A DNA stretch of 64,000 nucleotides from Lophium mytilinum. Taxonomy: Eukaryota. The notes under the pieces are model-generated. The model saw nothing but the letters and a program-made list of their open reading frames with translations, ran no database searches and was not told where the DNA came from. The translations under genes and the position numbers were made by a program. The DNA lies in the NCBI GenBank assembly GCA_010093605.1, contig MU004189.1, positions 751,834 through 815,833 of the forward strand, in the 5' to 3' direction. This document shows, piece by piece, positions 59,854 to 64,000 of the stretch; position 1 is the first letter of the stretch; each line of letters opens with the position of its first letter.

Positions 59854-62262
59854 ATGAGGTTTAACATAGAGTGAGTCCCAGTAGCTAATGGCATGTAGCC
59901 GCGCTGAACATGGTACAGGGAGCTTGAGGTGCTCTTTCCGTATCCAAGCATATACCCCGAGCAATATGCCTATATGTGTGACCTCAAACGCACCTTGGAC
60001 GCAGGTGGCCACTGTGTCTTGGAGATGCCTTCGGGAACAGGCAAAACCGTGTCCCTTCTGTCCTTGATCGTGGCATACCAGCAGGTTCAGCCTGAGAAGC
60101 GGAAACTGATATACTGCTCACGTACCATGTCCGAGATCGAAAAGGCTCTTGCTGAGCTGAAGGCGCTCATGAAGTACCGAACCGAGCAATTAGGGTACGA
60201 GGAAGAGTTTAGAGGGCTGGGTCTGACGAGCCGTAAGAATTTGTGCCTGCATCCGTCCGTAAAGCGCGAAAAGAGTGGTTCCGTGGTTGACGCACGATGC
60301 CGAAGCTTGACGGCAGGGTTTGTCAAAGAAAAAAAGGAGCGGGGTGAAGACGTCGAGATGTGCGTGTATCACGACAACCTCGATCTTCTGGAGCCTCATA
60401 ACCTCATCCCACCAGGCGTCTGGACATTCGATGGCCTGCTGAAGTATGGCGAGTCACAAAAGCAGTGCCCATACTTCACGGCAAGGCGAATGATGCCATA
60501 TTGCAACGTGATAATTTACTCCTACCATTACCTGCTTGATCCTAAGATCGCCGAGAGAGTGTCGAGAGAACTCTCGAAAGATTGCATAGTTGTCTTCGAC
60601 GAAGCTCACAATATCGACAACGTGTGCATAGAGTCTCTAAGCATCGATTTGACTGAAGACTCATTACGAAAAGCTACAAGAGGAGTCAATAATCTAGACA
60701 GAAAGATTACAGAGATGAAGTCAACCGATGCCGAGAAACTCCAGAGCGAGTACGCGAAGCTGGTCCAGGGCCTCCAAGAAGCAGACGAGGCGCGGAACGA
60801 GGATGCGTTCATGTCGAATCCGGCATTGCCAGATGATTTGCTAAAAGAAGCTGTGCCTGGCAATATACGGAGGGCAGAGCACTTCGTTGCTTTCTTGAAG
60901 CGTTTTATTGAATACCTCAAAACACGAATGAAAGTGCTGCACGTCATATCAGAAACACCACCTTCCTTCCTCAACCATCTCCGAGATCTCACATTCATTG
61001 AGCGAAAACCACTCCGCTTCTGTGCCGAACGCCTTACGTCTCTCGTCCGTACCCTCGAGCTCACAAACATTGAAGACTATCAGCCTCTCCAAGAAGTAGC
61101 TACATTCGCCACTCTCATTGCTACCTACGAAACCGGGTTTCTGCTCATTCTTGAGCCATTTGAGTCTGATACAGCTACCGTACCCAATCCAATTCTCCAT
61201 TTCACATGTCTCGACGCCGCAATAGCCATCAAACCTGTGTTCGAGCGCTTCAGCTCCGTCATCATCACCTCCGGGACCATGTCTCCCCTCGACATGTACC
61301 CAAAGATGCTCGCCTTTTCAACAGTCATCCAACAATCCTACACCATGACTCTCGCCCGCAAATCCTTCCTCCCCATGATCGTCCCCCGCGGCACCGACCA
61401 AAGTCGCATCACCTCCGCCTTCCAGCAACGCAACGACCCCTCCGTGATCCGCAACTACGGCAACCTCCTCACGGAATTCTGCAAGCTAACCCCCGACGGC
61501 ATTGTTGTCTTCTTCCCCTCCTACCTGTACATGGAAGGCATCATCTCCATGTGGCAAGGCATGGGCATCCTCGACACCGTTTGGAAATACAAACTCATCC
61601 TCGTCGAAACCCCAGACTCGCAGGAAACCGCCCTCGCCCTCGAGACGTACCGCACGGCGTGCAACAACGGCCGCGGCGCCGTGCTGCTCTGTGTCGCGCG
61701 AGGCAAGGTGTCCGAGGGCATCGATTTCGACCACCATTATGGCCGCACCGTGTTGTGCATCGGCGTCCCGTTCCAGTACACCGAGTCGCGCATATTGAAA
61801 GCCCGCCTTGAGTTCTTGCGCGAGACGTACCGGATTAAGGAGCAGGAGTTCTTGTCGTTCGACGCTATGCGCCACGCGGCGCAGTGCCTTGGTCGTGTGT
61901 TGCGTGGGAAGGATGATTACGGTATCATGGTTATGGCAGATCGCCGCTTTCTTTCTAAGCGCCAGCAGCTACCGAAGTGGATCCAGCAGGCCCTGGACGA
62001 CAAGTACGCCGATCTGAGTGTGGATCAGGCTGTGTCGGCGGCAAAGGCCTTTTTGCGCGAGATGAGCGTGCCGTGGAGCCGTGTGGAGCAGCGGGGAGTG
62101 AGCACGTGGGATGCGGAGGACCTGGCGATGCACAAGGCGAAGCAAGAGGAGGAAATGATTAGGATGCTAGAGGAGGAGGCGCAGAATGGTGGTGGGATGG
62201 TGGAGGTTGATGAGTATGGGGGAGATGATTTGGATGAGGTAATGGCGGACTTGGATGCTTGA
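59854..62262 (+). CDS. RAD3: TFIIH helicase XPD/Rad3
   Basis: Exon 59854-59870, intron 59871-59918, then FPYPSIYPEQ, EMPSGTGKT, Fe-S cysteines, DEAH, TSGT, RGKVSEGIDF and QCLGRVLRGK. Confidence 0.98.
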
Positions 62263-62503
62263 TGGGTGGATATCCAGTAATAGATTGTAAGATTTGGGAC
62301 TTGGGACTTAGGATGGGGATTAGTAAACTTCGGAATTGCCCAAATTGATATGGATTTGCCCTGACTTGCGGTCCAAGAAAGCGCAGAGATGCTCAACATC
62401 AATTTGAACACAAGAAGAGCAGTCAATGAGAAGTTCCAACGATTTAAATTTTGCAGTTCTCTTATTAGTCTAAGGTTGCTTTTGTACATCTTCATGGAGC
62501 GCC

Positions 62504-64000
62504 TCATGATGGAATTGCCTCTAACCCCGATTTTTGGTTGTACTGGTCAAGATCCTGTGCAATATCTCTTGACGCCCTGATGCAATCATTCACGCCTACG
62601 CCAGTGTAAGAATTGCCCACGACTCTCAATCGCCCCTTGAAGCGGTGCATGAGCCGAGTGTGAGTTTGTTTCATTCGAGAGATATGACCGACGGTGTACT
62701 GCGGTATACAATCCTTCTGCAATTTTGCTTGGGCTGCAACGGGCTCGTCGGTAATTCGTAAATGACGCTGGAGAACTGATCGGGCAGCTGCAATACCTTC
62801 CTCTTCGGTTGGGTAGGTGCTCCATCCGTCCCACCAGTGGCCGCCCAATATAATGGTGAGTTTGGTGCCGGTGGCTATATCTTGGCCTTTGATAGAGTCG
62901 GAGTCGAATATGACACCGAGTGCGCGTTCGGGATTCTGCTGGAAGGGAATGGTTTGCGGTATGAGGTAGCCGAAACCTTCAACGGGAACAAGTTTGGGGT
63001 TCGTGTAGAAGAGGTTGATAACCATGACGGTAACCGCGTGAGTCTTGGCAAGCTCGGGGAGTAGTGTTTTCGAGTCTGAAGTGCAAAGTTCTGATAGCTT
63101 TTTCGAAAAGATGCTGGATACTACCATGTCATACGTCTGACTTTCAGATTCGGTGGATACCTGATCACATGTATTAGCATTGATCAATTCAATTCCTAAG
63201 CTCACTCACCTTGATCTTCTTATCGCCACCAGCAGCTTCCTCGAGCTCAATATGTGTGACTGGCGTGTCTAATCTAGTAGTGACTCGTTTCTTGCCTGCC
63301 ACTATCTCTGCCAAGCGGTCCACCAACTGCTGTAGCCCGTTCCTAAAAGAGAAGATGCTGGCCTTTCCTAGCGCCACCATAAATTCAGGATCCAACACCT
63401 TCTTCGTCTCAGCGAGCAATTCCCTATCCCGACGAGGTACTGTGATATTGTCTTCTGGACGGCGCGTCGCAAGAGCGCCAATCACACTCCCTCCTTGTTT
63501 TTCCAAAGTCCATAGTAAAGGGAATATTGCCCTTATGCTCAACTGATTCACATCCCCTGCGTATATGCCATGGAGGACTGCTGATACGATGTTTTGCGGA
63601 ATGCGTGGGTCCAACCTTCGTGCGAAGAATGACGCTACAGATTCATCATCCAAGCTCTCTGGTCTCGTTGGCCGAAATGCCTCCCCTATAAGCCCTGGTA
63701 TCACTCCACTGAACAACGGCTCTCTGAGTATACTAAAGGCAATTTCCAACATAGAATCGGTAGTCGGGTGTGGCAGCCGCACCAGGTGGTCTGGGTAATA
63801 GATGAAGCGATTCACAGCAGACGCGGCGGTCTTGTCTGTGTATATGACATCAGGGATCATGCCAAGCTCTTGGATCTAGAATTGAAGCTTTAGCAAAGCT
63901 TCTGATGGAGTTCTACTCGGATTTACATACTAGCGTAGTCGTCACTAGGGCACCCATCCCAGGACGCAGCGAACGCGGGCCATGCTCAAACAGCACCCTC
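62504..64000 (-). CDS. HEM14: Protoporphyrinogen oxidase (5' end outside the window)
   Basis: FEHGPRSLRP, NRFIY, DESVASFFARR, HGIYAGD, GFGYLIP, LGVIFDSD, CIPQYTVGH and GVGVNDC. Introns 63930-63876 and 63209-63161. Confidence 0.94.

Noticed and set aside
1..64000. tRNA, rRNA, telomerase template, TPP riboswitch, transposase/RT, CRISPR array
   Set aside because: No diagnostic motifs seen by eye. A covariance-model or repeat-library scan could still find small or degenerate elements.

Overview
Eukaryotic genomic DNA from a filamentous ascomycete (Pezizomycotina), judged from short GT-AG introns with CTRAC branch points and from gene content. I found no tRNA, rRNA or CRISPR array. About 22 protein-coding loci can be built by hand-splicing. 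Conserved genes: Yippee-like, REV1, nucleolar FKBP (FPR3/4), CinA-like, MOSC, VAC7, Wee1/SWE1, listerin (RKR1/LTN1), RAD3/XPD and a partial HEM14. Accessory-type genes are interleaved: two patatin paralogues (one with intact catalytic motifs, one without), three HET-domain loci, an APH-like kinase, an intronless Ser/Thr kinase, an F-box protein and orphans. Most notable observations: (1) about ten short C-rich to G-rich strand-skew switches, independent of gene orientation; (2) a HET pseudogene with CAR>TAR stops that is split by an intact 4-exon membrane-protein gene; (3) a listerin intron ending in AT rather than AG just before the RING exon; (4) two 249-nt in-frame, stop-free introns; (5) a 180-bp compound minisatellite beside a 12-nt microexon. 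All family assignments come from motif recognition by eye; no database search was run.
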